Below are positions 31,547 through 45,324 of a stretch of DNA of 59,493 bases, in pieces. The notes under the pieces are model-generated. The model did not search any database. It saw only the letters and a program-made list of their open reading frames with translations, and was not told the DNA's origin. Position numbers and translations under genes: made by a program. Numbering within the stretch: the first letter of the stretch is position 1; every line of letters begins with the position of its first letter. Origin of the DNA: Macrostomum lignano (taxonomy: Eukaryota); the NCBI GenBank assembly GCA_002269645.1, contig NIVC01004121.1, forward strand, positions 1 through 59,493, given 5' to 3'.

Positions 31547-34465
31547 CTACCGCTGCCCATCTCCGGCGAAGCTGACAAAAGAACTGCCAACGGCGGCTTC
31601 ATCAACCTGCTGCTCGGTGATGAAGATCTCGGGGTCCTCGTGATCGTCTTCCTCCCGACCTTCATTGTCGTCATCTCCGCCATGGCCGTCGCCCAGCAGG
31701 CCGCTGAAGGCGGTGGTCAGCCGGGTGATGGGCAGGCGGCGAGGTCGCAGACAGACCGCCGGCCCGGATGGATTTTGTGATCGTCCTGTGGTGGGTTTTT
31801 GGTGTTGGTGGTGGAGGTTTGAGTTAATAAGGGTTGGCAGGTAAATCACCTCGCTTAGTCAGGTAGCCCTCCAATCTGTCAGATGACCCTCCAATCTGTC
31901 AGATGACCCTCCAATCTGTCAGGTGACCCTCCAATCTGTCAGATGACCCTCCAATCTGTCAGGTGACCCTCCAATCTGTCAGATGACCCTCCAATCTGTC
32001 AGGTGACCCTCCAATCTGTCAGGTGACCCTCTAATCTGTCAGGTGACGCTCTAATCTGTCAGATGACCCTCCAATCCGTCAGATGACCCTCCAATCTGTC
32101 AGGTGACCCTCCAATCTGTCAGGTGACCCTCCAATCTGTCAGGTGACCCTCCAATCTGTCAGGTGACCCTCGCTACTGTCAGGGGGGTCACTCAGATGAT
32201 CACTCCGGCATTCTCAACCGCACCAGACCAGACACCTCAGGCCCCAGCTGACCTCATTCCGGAAGCGGTTCATCACGGTGACGGGTCTGACAGTCACCCC
32301 AGCCTTCGTGCCGTCCACACTTCTCAGCCAGTTGTCAATGCGGCTCTCTAAGTTGCTCAACCGTTCGCTGCTGGTGTCCGCGTCTTCGAACTGCTTTTTC
32401 TGTCTCAACTGATTCGACAGATTGTTGAAACTGCTCTGCTCTGCAGCCTCTTCTTCTTGTTCATCATCTTCTTGCTCTTCTTCTTCTTCTCCTAGAGGAA
32501 GCTTTGACGAGCTCCCATCTGGTGCGGCAAGCTCCGCTGTTTTCTTATTGCCTTGCTGTTGAAGATTTTTTGTTTTAACCTGCTTTGTTGAAGCCGTCAG
32601 CCTGGCTGCCTGCGCTGCCCTCTGCTCCCGTTTAACCCGGTTCCTGTAGAAGACGGTGCCGGGCCCGTAGGGGTCGATCAGGGCTCCCCTGCTGGGGATG
32701 AAATGCGACACGCTGGCCGACTTCACCGCATAACTCGGAGCAGCGGCCGCGGACGCCGCAACTTCTCGACGATGAGCTTCCAGTCGCCGTGCAGCGACGA
32801 TTCTCTCGTACAGGCAGCGAATCAGTGGCACCCCCCAGTCGAGGGGCCTCCCGGCTCGGCTGATCAGCTTGGCTTTCGCCCGTTCGACTAGGACGTCCTG
32901 GGATCGACCCGGGTTGCGCTTATTCTGAGCCAGTCGATCGTAGTTTTTTGCGTCAAGAATGAAAACTACGGATGGCTGGGTGCAGACGATTGACTGGGCG
33001 TAGGTTGGCAGCTCCATGCCGTGCTCAATGTCACCGATGAGCTCGCCTGGGCCGACCAGGGAGAGCTCCAGGTGCCGCTGCTGGTGCTGAGACTGTCGCT
33101 GCTGCTGCTGCACTCGGCGGTGTGGAGTTGTCTGGGCTCGGTGGTGTCTGTCCTGGCTGCTGACAGAGGGTTGAGGGTGAGTGTGTCAGTGAGTGTTTTA
33201 GTGAGTGTGTCATTGAGTGTGTCAGTGAGTTTGTCAGTGATTGTGTCAGTGTGTCAGTGATTGTGTCAGTCAGTGTGTCAGTGAGTGTGTGTCACTGTGT
33301 CAGTGGGTCAGTAAGTGTGTCAGTGTGTCAGTGAGTGCGTCAGTGAATTTGTCAGTGAGTGTGTCAGTGAGTGTGTCAGTGAGTCAGTAAGTGTGTCAGT
33401 GTGTCAGTGAGTTTGTCAGTGAGTGTGTCAGTGAGTGTGTCAGTGAATGTGTCAGTGTGTCAGTGAGTGTGTCAGTGTGTCAGTGAGTGTGTCAGTGCGT
33501 TAGTGTCAGTAAGTGTCAGTGATTGTGTCAGTGATTGTGTCAGTGAGTGTGTCAGTGCGTTAGTGTCAGTAAGTGTCAGTGATTGTGTCAGTGTGTCAGT
33601 GAGTGTGTCAGTGCGTTAGTGTCAGTAAGTGTCAGTGATTGTGTCAGTGTGTCAGTGAGTGTGTCAGTAAGTATCAGTGATTGTGTCAGTGATTGTGTCA
33701 GTGTGTCAGTGAGTGTGTCAGTGCGTTAGTGTCAGTGATTGTGTCAGTGACTGTGTCAGTGAGTGTGTCAGTGAATGTGTCAGTGAGTGTGTCAGTAAGT
33801 GTGTCAGTGAGTGTCAGTGAGTGTGTCAGTAAGTGTGTCAGTGAGTGTCAGTGAGTGTGTCAGTGAATTTGTCAGTTATTTTCAGTGGTTGCCTGACAGC
33901 TGTCGACAATTTCACTAGAACTAGGCTAATATTAACTGCTAATAATGTGCATTTGCACTTTAACGAAATTCACATCACGGCTACGAGTAGATATGAATAA
34001 GGCATTTTGCTTGACTACACCCAGCGCAAGCAGTGAAGGTCTGTTAAGTTCCCAAGAAAATTCCACTAAAAACTTCTCAAGCAAGCAGACGCTTCTGTTT
34101 GCCCAAGTAAGCAAGCAGGTAGGCAGGCAGGCAGGCAGCTCACGAGCCCGTCGGTGGCTGCTCATCCGAGCCGAAGTGAAACTCCCGCAGTCCAAGCAGG
34201 GGATATTGGCCAGGGTGCATGGGGATGTTCACCACCACCTTGGCTTGACCGCTGCGGGAAATTGTGATTTGATTGATGATGAATTATGATATGTGTGACT
34301 GAGACATTGACATGGTGACACAGAAACCTAACAGACGACACACACACACAGACACACACATGCACATCCAACAGGTAACAGGTAACAACATGTACATGTA
34401 ACAATAGGTAACACACACACCCAAATGGTAACACACACACCCAACAGGTAACACACACCTAACAG

Positions 34466-34504
<39 letters not shown>

Positions 34505-35920
34505 AACGGGTAACACACACACCAAACAGGTAGCACATACACCCAACAGGTAACACACACACCCAACAGGTAACACACACACCCAACAGGTAACACACAC
34601 ACCCAACAGGTAACACACACACACACCCAACAGGTAACACACACACCCAACAGGTAACACACAGAGCCTTAATCTCCCAGCAACCCCCTACCTGACGATG
34701 AACTGCAGGCCGTCCAGCGGGTCGCCCTGCCGCACGATCGTCGCATCGAACCCGAAGTTCTCCTTTCGAAGGCTCATCGCCGCCTGTCGCCGATATTTCG
34801 AAGGCCAGCTGTCGAATACGTTGCATCTGCTGACGAACTCGAATCGTTCTCTGAGCTCGGCCTCTTGCACAGAGCGCAGAGACCGATTGTACAGGTCTCT
34901 GTTCACCTCGATGAGCAGAGTGGGCTCGTCCGCGATGATCGAGGCGTTGCGGACGCAGTCTTTGTTAATGAGGGCGAGTTCACCGAAACTCTTGCCCGCG
35001 CCTGTTGGAGTTGTTTAATTAGCAAGGTCTTTGTTCTCACTGTGTGTAAGAACATGGTCTTTGTTTTTACTGTGGGTGTGAACATGGTCTTTGTTCTCAC
35101 TGTGTGTGTGAACATGGTCTTTGTTCTCACTGTGTGTGTGTGTGAACATGGTCTTTGTTTTTACTGTGTGTGTGAACATGGTCTTTGTTTTTACTGTGTG
35201 TGTGAACATGGTCTTTGTTCTCACTGTGTGTGTGAACATGGTCTTTGTTCTCACTGTGTGTGTGAACATGGTCTTTGTTCTCACTGTGTGTGTGAACATG
35301 GTCTTTGTTCTCACTGTGTGTGTGAACACGGTCTTTTTTTACTGTGTGTGTGAACATGGTCTTTGTTTTTACTGTGTGTGTGAACATGGTCTTTGTTCTC
35401 ACTGTGTGTTTGAACATGGTTTTTGTTCTCACTGTGTGTGCGTGTGTACATGGTATTTGTTCTCACTCAGTGTGTACATGTTGCCTTTATCTGTTAATTT
35501 AACAATGCTTTGTGAGTAACTTTGCTAAAGCGATTACTTATGCAAGCAGAACTGCTCACCAAAGTTCACAATAAAGTTGCCGTACTTTGTCCTGTCCAAT
35601 TCCTTCTTCTCCGCTGTTGCAGCAGCAATAGCAGCAGAAGTACTTCCTTTGCTGGCTTTTCTCTTTAAGCTGCTCACGCTGACAGGACCTCGAGATTGCT
35701 CAGGCTGAGCTGCCGTGGCGTTGACCGCCGCTTGGGCTGCTTCTTCGCCACCTGTGGTCGTTGCTTCATCATCCGGATCGTCCAGCACAGCTTCTGTGTT
35801 GATGTACACGCTGACTTTGCCGTCCAGAATGATGTAGAAACTGTTGGTTCAAGGAGGTTTATTTTTAGTTAGTTAGTTTGTTTCTTTGTTTGTTAGTTGG
35901 TAAATAAATAAGTTAGTTTG

Positions 35921-35951
<31 letters not shown>

Positions 35952-35978
35952 GTTAGTTAGTTAGTTAGTCAGTCAGTC

Positions 35979-36021
<43 letters not shown>

Positions 36022-36066
36022 CAGTCAGTCAGTCAGTCAGTCAGTTAGTTAGTTAGTTAGTTAGTC

Positions 36067-36112
<46 letters not shown>

Positions 36113-36113
36113 G

Positions 36114-36167
<54 letters not shown>

Positions 36168-36198
36168 ATCAGTCAGTCAGTCAGTTAGTTAGTTAGTC

Positions 36199-36245
<47 letters not shown>

Positions 36246-36356
36246 CAGTTAGTTAGTTAGTTAGTCAGTTAGTTAGTTAGTTAGTCAGTTAGTTAGTTAG
36301 TCAGTTAGTTAGTTAGTCAGTTAGTTAGTTAGTCAGTTAGTTAGTTAGTTAGTCAG

Positions 36357-36397
<41 letters not shown>

Positions 36398-36486
36398 CAG
36401 TTAGTCAGTTAGTTAGTTAGTCAGTTAGTTAGTTAGTTAGTTAGTCAGTTAGTTAGTTAGTCAGTTAGTTAGTTAGTTAGTTAGTC

Positions 36487-36533
<47 letters not shown>

Positions 36534-37818
36534 CGAATGCAGGGCATTGCCACGAGAGTCAGGCATGTGACTGAAAATTTTGGTAGATAATTTCATAGAG
36601 AAAGATTACCTGTCCCCCTGCTCGCCCTGTCGAATGATTACGTCATCGCGTTGGCATTGACGAAAGGCGCAGTTTCTTAGAATGTCTCTGGCCACGTCTG
36701 CAAGCGGACAGAGAAAATTCATTTTAATTTCCTTATTTTTAATGGACACGTGGTCAGATTAAACTGATACATGTATGCTTTACTAGAAGATAAACGGTTT
36801 GGGATAGTGCTACCTGTTAGACAGAGGATAGTGTCACCTGTTAGACAGAGGATAGTGTCACCTGTTACACAGAGGATAGTGTCACCTGTTAGACAGAGGA
36901 CAGTGTCACCTGTTAGACAGAGGATAGTGTCACCTGTTAGACAGAGGATAGTGCTACCTGTTAGACAGAGGATAGTGTCACCTGTTAGACAGAGGATAGT
37001 GTCACCTGTTAGACAGAGGATAGTGTCACCTGTTAGACAGAGGATAGTGTCACCTGTTAGACAGAGGATAGTGTCACCTGTTAGACAGAGGATAGTGTCA
37101 CCTGTTAGACAGAGGATAGTGTCACCTGTTAGACAGAGGATAGTGTCACCTGTTAGACAGAGGATAGTGTCACCTGTTAGACAGAGGATAGTGTCACCTG
37201 TTAGACAGAGGATAGTGTCACCTGTTAGACAGAGGATAGTGTCACCTGTTGGACAGAGGATAGTGCTACCTGTTAGACAGAGGATAGTGCTACCTGTTAG
37301 ACAGAGGATAGTGTCACCTGTTAGACAGAGGATAGTGTCACCTGTTAGACAGGATTGCGTCACCTGTTAGACAGAGGATAGTGTCACCTGTTAGACAGAG
37401 GATAGTGTCACCTGTTAGACAGAGGATAGTGTCCCCTGTTAGACAGAGGATAGTGTCCCCTGTTAGACAGAGGATAGTGTCCCCTGTTAGACAGAGGATA
37501 GTGTCACCTGTTAGACAGGATTGCGTCACATGTTAGACAGAGGATAGTGTCACCTGTTAGACAGCATAGTGTCACCTGTTAGACAGAGGATAGTGTCCCC
37601 TGTTAGACAGAGGATAGTGTCACCTGTTAGACAGAGGATAGTGTCACCTGTTAGACAGGATAGTGTCACCTGTTGGACAGGCACATAAACTATAGCTTAC
37701 CAGGTTTAATGTTCAAGGGGCACATGTTCAGAAACCAGTCCACAAGTTCGATGACCTCAGAGTCCGAGCGCTCGGAGGCAGACTTGCTGATGCACTCTAC
37801 GATGTGACTCAAGGACAT
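31547..37818 (-). CDS. Tandem cyclic-nucleotide-binding-domain protein (CNBD1/CNBD2-like)
   Basis: Exons 37818-37701, 36697-36610, 35840-35560, 35001-34692, 34251-34144, 33159-32253 and 31785 onward are phase-consistent. CNB1: IIRQGEQGDSFYIILDGKVSV...GKSFGELALINKDCVRNASII. CNB2: IVRQGDPLDGLQFIVSGQAKV...GELIGDIE. Last exon stops at 31717 literally, or at 31547 with +1 nt. Confidence 0.88.
31868..32170. repeat. 20-bp minisatellite (CCAATCTGTCAGGTGACCCT)
   Basis: Direct; intronic. Confidence 0.95.
33175..33880. repeat. Degenerate (GTGTCAGTGA)n array
   Basis: Direct; intronic. Confidence 0.93.
34325..34665. repeat. CCAACAGGTAACACACACA minisatellite with (CA)n
   Basis: Direct; intronic. Confidence 0.9.
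35025..35465. repeat. 30-bp minisatellite (GTGAACATGGTCTTTGTTCTCACTGTGTGT)
   Basis: Direct; intronic. Confidence 0.95.
35868..36535. repeat. (TTAG)n/(TCAG)n microsatellite
   Basis: Direct; intronic. Confidence 0.97.
36800..37680. repeat. 24-bp minisatellite (GTTAGACAGAGGATAGTGTCACCT)
   Basis: Direct; intronic. Confidence 0.97.
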
Positions 37819-38204
37819 CCTGCACTGTGCTTCAACTCTCTAAAAGTATTAAATTACAAAATTACTCTCCGTGGAAGCCAGTGTGTTTTTCAACCTTAAA
37901 AAGTTAATAGCGCTTTTTATTGCCTAATTGCGTAAACAAGCAGATAAAAGCGATGAGGGCATATGGGTACCGTGGCTGTTAATGCAGAAATTGCAATTTT
38001 GTTCAAATAAAGAAGCGAAGCGCTGAGCACTGAGCACAGAGACACACACCCACCCCTTTTACCTAAGGTGTTGCTCCAGCAGGGCTGGGACCGCAATAGG
38101 GTAGCTCTTAAAATTCTTTGGCGAAGAAGAGCGAGAGGGCAAGGTAAAAGGAACAGTTAGTCTCGCAAGGCTTTACCTTGACAACTACTAAGCTTTATAA
38201 ATGC

Positions 38205-38885
38205 ACAAGCTGTTAAAACCCGCGGATTTTGAACCCGGGGAATTCCAATCCCCGGAACTATTTTTGCATATTGAGATTAAACTCAAACAAAAACATTTAT
38301 TAGTTGGGATAGAGTTAAACATAAAATAGAGTACATTCGTGTAAAATTAGGATTTGAGGCAAACATTGATATTGTTGGCTGGGGTGCTGCGCAGAATGTC
38401 AGGAAAACTCTGGCCTCTACCTCTGCCTCTCCCTATTTCCATTGCATCCTTTGAAACTTCTATCTTCTCTTCTGTTTTCTCACTTCTCTCTTGTCTCTTG
38501 TCTCTTCTCTCTCCTCTCATCTCTTCTTTCTTTTCTCCTCTGTCCCCTCTTCTTTTGTCTCTTCCCTCTATTCGTTTCTCTCTCCTTTCCTCTCTTCTCT
38601 CTCGTCTCTGCTCTCTCATCCATCTCTCTTTTCTCCTCTTTTATCTCTTCTCATTTCTCTCATTTCTCTCCTCTCTCTTCTCTCTCTACTCTCTACTCTC
38701 TCTTCCCTCTCCTCTCCTCTCTTCTCACTCATTACATTACCCTCTCTAAACACTTCCCTCATCTCTCCTCTCTCCTTTCTCTTCTCTTCTCTCCACTCTC
38801 TCCTCTCATCTCTTCTATCGTCTCTTTCCTCACCTCTCTTCTCTCTCATCTTTGCTCTCTTATCTTTTCTCTCTTATCTCTTCTC

Positions 38886-38941
<56 letters not shown>

Positions 38942-41231
38942 TCTCTCCTGTCTCATCTCTCTTCTCCTCTCTAATCTCTCCCAGCTCTTTCCTTTCATCT
39001 CTTGTCCTTCCCCTCTTTCCCCTGTCTTCTCGATTCTCTCCCTCCCCTCCTCTCTCTCTTCACTCACTTCTCTCTCCTTTTGTATCACCTCTCATCTCTC
39101 ATCTCTTATTTCTTATCTCTCCTCTTTCCTCTGTCATCTGTCATCTTTACTCTCTTATACTCGTATGCTCTCTCACCTCTCTTCTTTGTACTCTTCTCTT
39201 TCCCCTCTTTTGACTCCTCTCTTTCCTTTCTCCTTTCTCCTTTCTCCTCTTCTCTTCTCTTCTCTTCTCTCCCCTCTTCTATACTCTCTCCCTCTCTTGT
39301 CTTCTCTCTTTTCTCTCACTCTCCTCTCTCCTCTCTTATATCGTCTGTTCACTCTCATCGTTGCTCTCTCATTCCCCTCTCTCTTCTGTCATCTCTACTC
39401 TCCTCTCTACTGTGTACTCTTCTCTTTCCCCTCTTCTGACTCCTCTTTCCTTACTCCTCTCTTCTCTTCCCTCTTCTATACTCTCTCCCCTCTATTCTCT
39501 TTTCTCGTCTCTCCGCACTCTGCTCTCTCTTCCTTCATCTCTCATCTCTACTCTACTCTCTCATATTTCCTTTCATCTCACTCATCTCTACAATCTCATA
39601 TCTTTCCTCTCTCCTCCTCTTCCCTTTACTCTATCATCTCTCCTTTGTCCTCTCTTCTTTCTCAACTCTCTCTCATCTCTATCTTCTCTCTTCTCACTCG
39701 TCTCTCCCCCTCTTATCTCCTCTCCTCTATCCTTTCTAATCCCCCCTCTCGATACTCTCATCTCCTCTTTGTTCTCTCATCTCACTCTTCTCTACTCTCC
39801 TCTCTCATTGATCCTCTGTCTCATCTCTCCCCTCTTCTCTCTCCATCTTCTCACCTCTACTATTTCCTCTTCCTTCTCTCTCGCCTCCTCTCGCTTCTTT
39901 GTCCCATATTCTCTGCTCTCTCCTCAACCTCCTCGTACGTCTCTCCTGTTATCTTCTATCTTTTCTTTTATCCCCTCTCGCCCCTCCTCCCTTTCTAATA
40001 GTATATTCCTTTTCACTCTCATCTGGCCCGTAGCCATGAGCTGGATTCTTTATCTGGCCTTTGAGATAAAAATCTGCCGATCCCTGCTTCGAAAGCCAGT
40101 TTGTGGGACGTAGTACTATCATGGTTGTTATCATTTCCCATGCTTTAATCACGTCATCTTTCTGGTCAATTAGCAGCCCTGAGAGAAATTTGTATATCTC
40201 CAGCTCCACCACCACAGTCTGCAGCAGTCTAACAACCATGGAAATACGCATTTCTTAGGAGGCCATTTAAATTTTAAAGTACCTTATGCGAATCTGAATG
40301 TTAAAATTTTTATGGTGTAACTTATTTAGTAGGATTGCATTGTAATAAGTTATTCATTAATTTTTCGATATTTTTATAAACCATCCCACATCGCCTTGAT
40401 TTGCCATCCTTGTTTAACTGCTGCAGACTTGTCTATTCAGAGGAAAGGAAAGTGGTTTAAAATTGAATCTCTCGCTAAACTCTCTCCTCTCCACGCCTCT
40501 CCACTCGCGGGGGTACAGAGAAAGCTATTAAAAAGTTATTCCAAAACACTGTACATTCGCTATGTACATTCAGTCCTATCGCCTGACCCTTCGTCTGAGC
40601 TGGGGGAATGAGTGAGTGAGCGGCACAAACAACAGAAAAAGCAGACAAACTTCACATGCTTACAGTTTCTGTCCTGATTGAGATACAGAGTTGAGACTTT
40701 ACATGTAGGCAGAGAATGAGTCAATAAAGAATTGTGTCAAATTTGAAGTCAATCGCTTCACGTGGAGCAAAACTATGGCAGCCGAAAGTTAGGCATTTTA
40801 AAACCTATTCACACCCTTTGCCCAGATCGGGAAAGAGAGGCAGGCGGGCGGAGGTTGGGGTGGTTACTACGCTGAAAAAAACAGCCTAACTTTAAAAGTG
40901 CACAGCACCGCTCAGGATTAACTTTGAGACTCGAAATTTTACATGATTGTGCCAAAATAGTTCAAGATTATCTGTGTCAAATTTGAAGAGAATCGGTAGA
41001 AGTGGAGCGGCGCTATGGAGGATTAAGTGAAAAAATCGCGCATTTTGAGCAGTTTTTTGTACTTTTAGGTAGGAAGACTTGAGTCTAGGAAATTTAAAGG
41101 TAGCCTAAGACATTCTCCGTAGTAAGTTTCGGGTGGGTGTAAAGTTTGGTGTAATTTGGTTGAGCGGTTTGGGAGTCCATAGCGAAGTAATTTGTCCACA
41201 GACAGACAGAGTTTTGATTTTTATAGGTAGA
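38205..41231 (+). mobile_element. Non-autonomous Helitron-like (HINE/Lep1-type) element, copy 1, with about 1.6 kb of cryptic CT-rich sequence
   Basis: Starts ACAAGCTGTTAAAACCCGCGG; body has repeated TGTGTCAAATTTGAAG motifs; (CAGA)n near the 3' end; ends GTTTTGATTTTTATAGGTAGA. No TIR or TSD. Collinear with copy 2. Confidence 0.6.
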
Positions 41232-41375
41232 AAATAGCCTAAAGCCTGCTCCGGAAAATTTGCAGTTTTCCCATATAAGTTTCAACGCTGACTTGGCAGA
41301 ATTGTAGGAGTTCACTTGCTACATACAGACAGACAGACAGACAGACAAACATCGCGTCGGTTTTAGTATTAGGAG

Positions 41376-44288
41376 ACAAGCTGTTGAAACCCGCGGATTT
41401 TGAACCCGGGGAACTCCATTCCCCGGAATTATTTTTGCATGTATTCTAAAATCTGAGGTAAAACTTAAACAAAAACTTGTTCCCTTGTTAATAGTTAGGA
41501 TAGAGTTAAACATAAAGTAGTGCACATTCATGTAAAATTAGGATTTGAGGCAAACATTGATATGGTTGGCTGGGGTGCTGCGCAGAATGTCAGGCAAACT
41601 CTGGCCTTTACGTACCTCTGCCTCTCCCTATGTCCTTTGCATCCTTTGAAACTTCCATCTTCTTTTCTGTTTCCTATCTTCTCTCTCGTCTCTTCTTTTT
41701 CTCCCCTCTTATCTCTTCTTTCTTCTCTCCTCTCTCGTCTCTTCTCTCGTCTCTTCTCTCATCTCTTCCCTCTCCACTCTATTCTTTTCTCTCTCTTCTC
41801 TCTTCGCTCTGGTCTCTGGTCTCTCATATCTCCTTTCTCCTGTTTTATCTTTTCTCATTTCTCTCTGCTCTCTACTCTCTCTTCCCTCACCTCTCTTCTC
41901 ACTCCTTACTCTACCCTCTCTCAACACTTTCCTTATCTCTACTCTCTCCTTTTTCCTCTCTTCTCTCAACTCTTTCCTCTCCTCTGTCCACTCTCTCCTC
42001 TCATCTCTCTGCTCTCTCCTATCCTATCTCTCTTCTCTCTCTTCTCTCCCCTCTTTCCTCTCCTCCCTCGTCCTTTTCACCAATTTCCCCTGTCCTCTCG
42101 ATTCTCTCCCTTCCCCTCCTCTCTCCTCACTCACTTCTCATCTCTCCTCTTTTCTCTCTATTCCCCCATCTCTCGTCTGTTCACTCTCGTTTCTGCTCTC
42201 ATCTCCCCTCTCTTATCTGTCATCTTTACTCTCATATGTTCTCTCACCTCTCTCCCCTTGTACTCCTCTCTTTCCCCTTTTTGACTCAGGAGGACTCGAT
42301 CCTTTCTTCTTTCTTCTCGTCTCTTCTCTTCTCTCTTCTATACTCTCTCCCTCTCTTGTCTTCTCTCTTCTCTCTCACTCTCCTCTCTCCTCTCTTATAT
42401 CGTCTGTTTACTCTCATCTTTGCTCTCTCATTTCCCTCTCTCTTCTGTCATCTCTACTCTCCTCTCTACTGTGTACTCTTCTCTTTCCCCTCTTCTGACT
42501 CCTCTCTTTCCTTACTCCTCTCTTCTCTTCCCTCTTCTATACTCTCTCCCCTCTATTCTCTTTTCTCGTCTCTCCGCACTCTGCTCTCTCTTCCTTCATC
42601 TCTCATCTCTACTCTACTCTCTCATATTTCCTTTCATCTCACTCATCTCTACAATCTCATCTCTTTCCTCTCTCCTCCTCTTCCCTTTACTCTATCATCT
42701 CTCCTTTGTCCTCTCTTCTTTCTCAACTCTCTCTCTCTCATCTCTATCTTCTCTCTTCTCACTCGTCTCTCCCCCTTTTATCTCCTCCCCTCTATCCTTT
42801 CTAATCCCCCCTCTCGATACTCTCATCTCCTCTTTGTTCTCTCCTCTCACTCTTCTCTACTCTCCTCTCTCATCGATCCTCTGTCTCATCTCTCCCCTCT
42901 TCTCTCTCCATCTTCTCACCTCTACTATTTCCTCTCCCTTCTCTCTCCCCTCCTCTCGCTTCTTCGTCCCATATTCTCTGCTCTCTCCTCAACCTCCTCG
43001 TACGTCTTTCCTGTTATCTTCTATCTTTTCTTTTATCCCCTCTCGCCCCTCCTCCCTTTCTAATAGTCTATTCCTTTTCCTTTTCACTCTCATATGGCCC
43101 GTAGCTGCCGATCTGCCGATCCCTGCTTCGAAAGCCAGTTTGTGGGACGTAGTACTATCATGGTTGTTATCATTTCTCATGCTTTAATAACGTCATCTTT
43201 CTGGTCAATTAGCAGCCCTGAGAGAAATTTGTATATCTCCAGCTCCACCACCACAGTCTGCAGCAGTCTAACAACCATGGAAATACGCATTTCTTAGGAG
43301 GCCATTTAAATTTTAAAGTACCTTATGCGAATCCTAATGTTAAAAATTTCATGGTGTAACTAATTTAGTAGGATTGCATTGTAATCTGTTATTCATCAAT
43401 TTTTCGATATTTTTACAAACCATCCCACATCGCCTTGATTTGCCATCCTTGTTTAACTGCTGCAGACTTGTCTATACAGAGGACAGTAGTTTGAATCTCT
43501 CGCTAAACTGTCTCCTCTCCACGCCTTTCCACTCGCGGGGGTACAGAGAAGGCTATTAAAAAGTTATTCCAAAACACTGTACATTCGCTATGTACATTGA
43601 GCCCTATCGCCTGACCCTTCGTCTGGACTGCGGGAATGAGTGAGTTGAGCGCCACAAACAACAGAAAAAGCAGACAAACTTCACATGCTTACAGTTTCTT
43701 TTTCGGTCGAGTTACAAAGTTGAAACTTTACATTTAGACAGAGAATGGGTCAATGAAGAATTTTGTCAGGTTTGAAGTCAATCGCTTTACGTGGAGCAAA
43801 CTTATGGCAGCTGAAAGTTAGTCAATTTTGAAACCCTTTTACACATCTGGGCCCAGATCGGTATCGGGAAAGAGAGGCAGGCGGGCGGAGGTTGGGGTGG
43901 TTGCTACGCTGAAAAAAAACAGCCTAATTTTAAAAGTGCACAGCACCGCTCAGAATTAACTTTGAGACTCGAAATTTTACATGATTGTGCCAAAATAGTT
44001 AAAGATTATCTGTGTCAAATTTGAAGAGAATCGGTAGAAGTGGAGCGGCGCTATGGAGGATTAAGTGAAAAAATCGCGCATTTTGAGCAGTTTTTTGCAC
44101 TTTTAGGTAGGAAGACTCAAATTTAGGGAATTTTAAGGTAGCCTAAGACATTCTCCGTAGTAAGTTTAGGGTGGGTGTAAAATTTGGTGTCATTTGGTTG
44201 AGCGGTTTGGGAGTCCATAGCGATCAAAATTGTCCACACACAGACAGACACACACACACACAGAGTTTTGATTTTTATATGTAGAGAT
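41376..44288 (+). mobile_element. Non-autonomous Helitron-like element, copy 2 (diverged tandem duplicate)
   Basis: Same start (ACAAGCTGTTGAAACCCGCGG) and end (GAGTTTTGATTTTTATATGTAGAG). Separated from copy 1 by a 145-bp fragment that also ends in (CAGA)n...TAGTATTAGGAG. Confidence 0.6.
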
Positions 44289-44417
44289 GGATGCCTAAAA
44301 CAAAATAGAATTCTGGATTGGAAACTTATTTTCGAATCTTCAGAGCGCGCGTGAACTGAACTTTATCGGTGGTACTCGAACTTTAGTACATAAATGACAA
44401 TTTGTACGAATGCCATT

Positions 44418-44620
44418 CCGTGTGAATGCCAGTTTGTGTGAGCGCCAGTTTGTGCGAATTCCAGTTCGTGTGAATGCCAGTTCAGGCACATGTCAGGTTG
44501 TGTGAACGGCGCAGTTTGTGTGAATGCCAGTTCAGGGAATGCTATTTTATGTGAATGCTAGTTTGTGTGAATGCCAGTTTGTGTGAATGCTTATTTATTC
44601 ACATGCCAATTCGCGTGAAT
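44418..44620. repeat. Degenerate repeat with GTGTGAATGCCAGTT core
   Basis: About 8-10 diverged copies. Confidence 0.8.
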
Positions 44621-45324
44621 TCCAAAAGATACACACCTCCAGAGCATGTTACGGATAATGTTGTTATTCTATTTTAAAACCTGTGAACCTTTAAGTGAAC
44701 TGTTCAGTTTTGGACGAATCGAAAAAAATCAATACACTTAAATCTAGGTCCAGATATTATATTTAAAACACTCCCCGGCCTCTTAGGGTATCAGCAGCCA
44801 GCCATCCAATTAAAACTTCAACCCTAGCTCTGCCCCTCTTCACAGTCCAACACCAACCTCTGTTCTTTTCTCCGCTGCGCTCCGTGCTCAAAGAGAGTTG
44901 CTCAGCTGTCAGCTTCGATGCCGAACAGCTACAGCGCTTTTTTGTGGGCAGGTTTTGAGCAGCGGCTGGACCAAACTCGAATAGAGAATAATGAAGGATT
45001 GACTAAGCGTAAACATTTCGCCCTAAATTGCCAAAGAAAATATTCTAGAAAACGTTTGCTAGCGCGTGAAGAGCCACCACTTCACGGTATTAAATTAGTG
45101 AGCTGCCTTTCTGCTGAGGCATTCACGGCGGGGAGAAACTCTTCGAGCATTCGACAAGTGCTGGGCTGGGCGATGGCTGCGCGTGCCTAAAGTTAACAAC
45201 TGCAGATTGCTTCTTCTGCAGAAATTTATTCTGCGAAAAGGAAAACTAACATTTGACTAATTTACAGACAACTGCGTAAGATACCGCACGGCCGTTTACT
45301 GCGGCGCGTACTGAACCACTGAGG

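Noticed and set aside
35868-36535. Telomeric repeat
   Set aside because: The unit is TTAG/TCAG, not TTAGGG or TTAGG, and it lies in an intron.
38131-38180. Short inverted repeats (CAAGGTAAA/TTTACCTTG) upstream of the CNB gene
   Set aside because: A 9-bp stem is within chance expectation; no supporting context.
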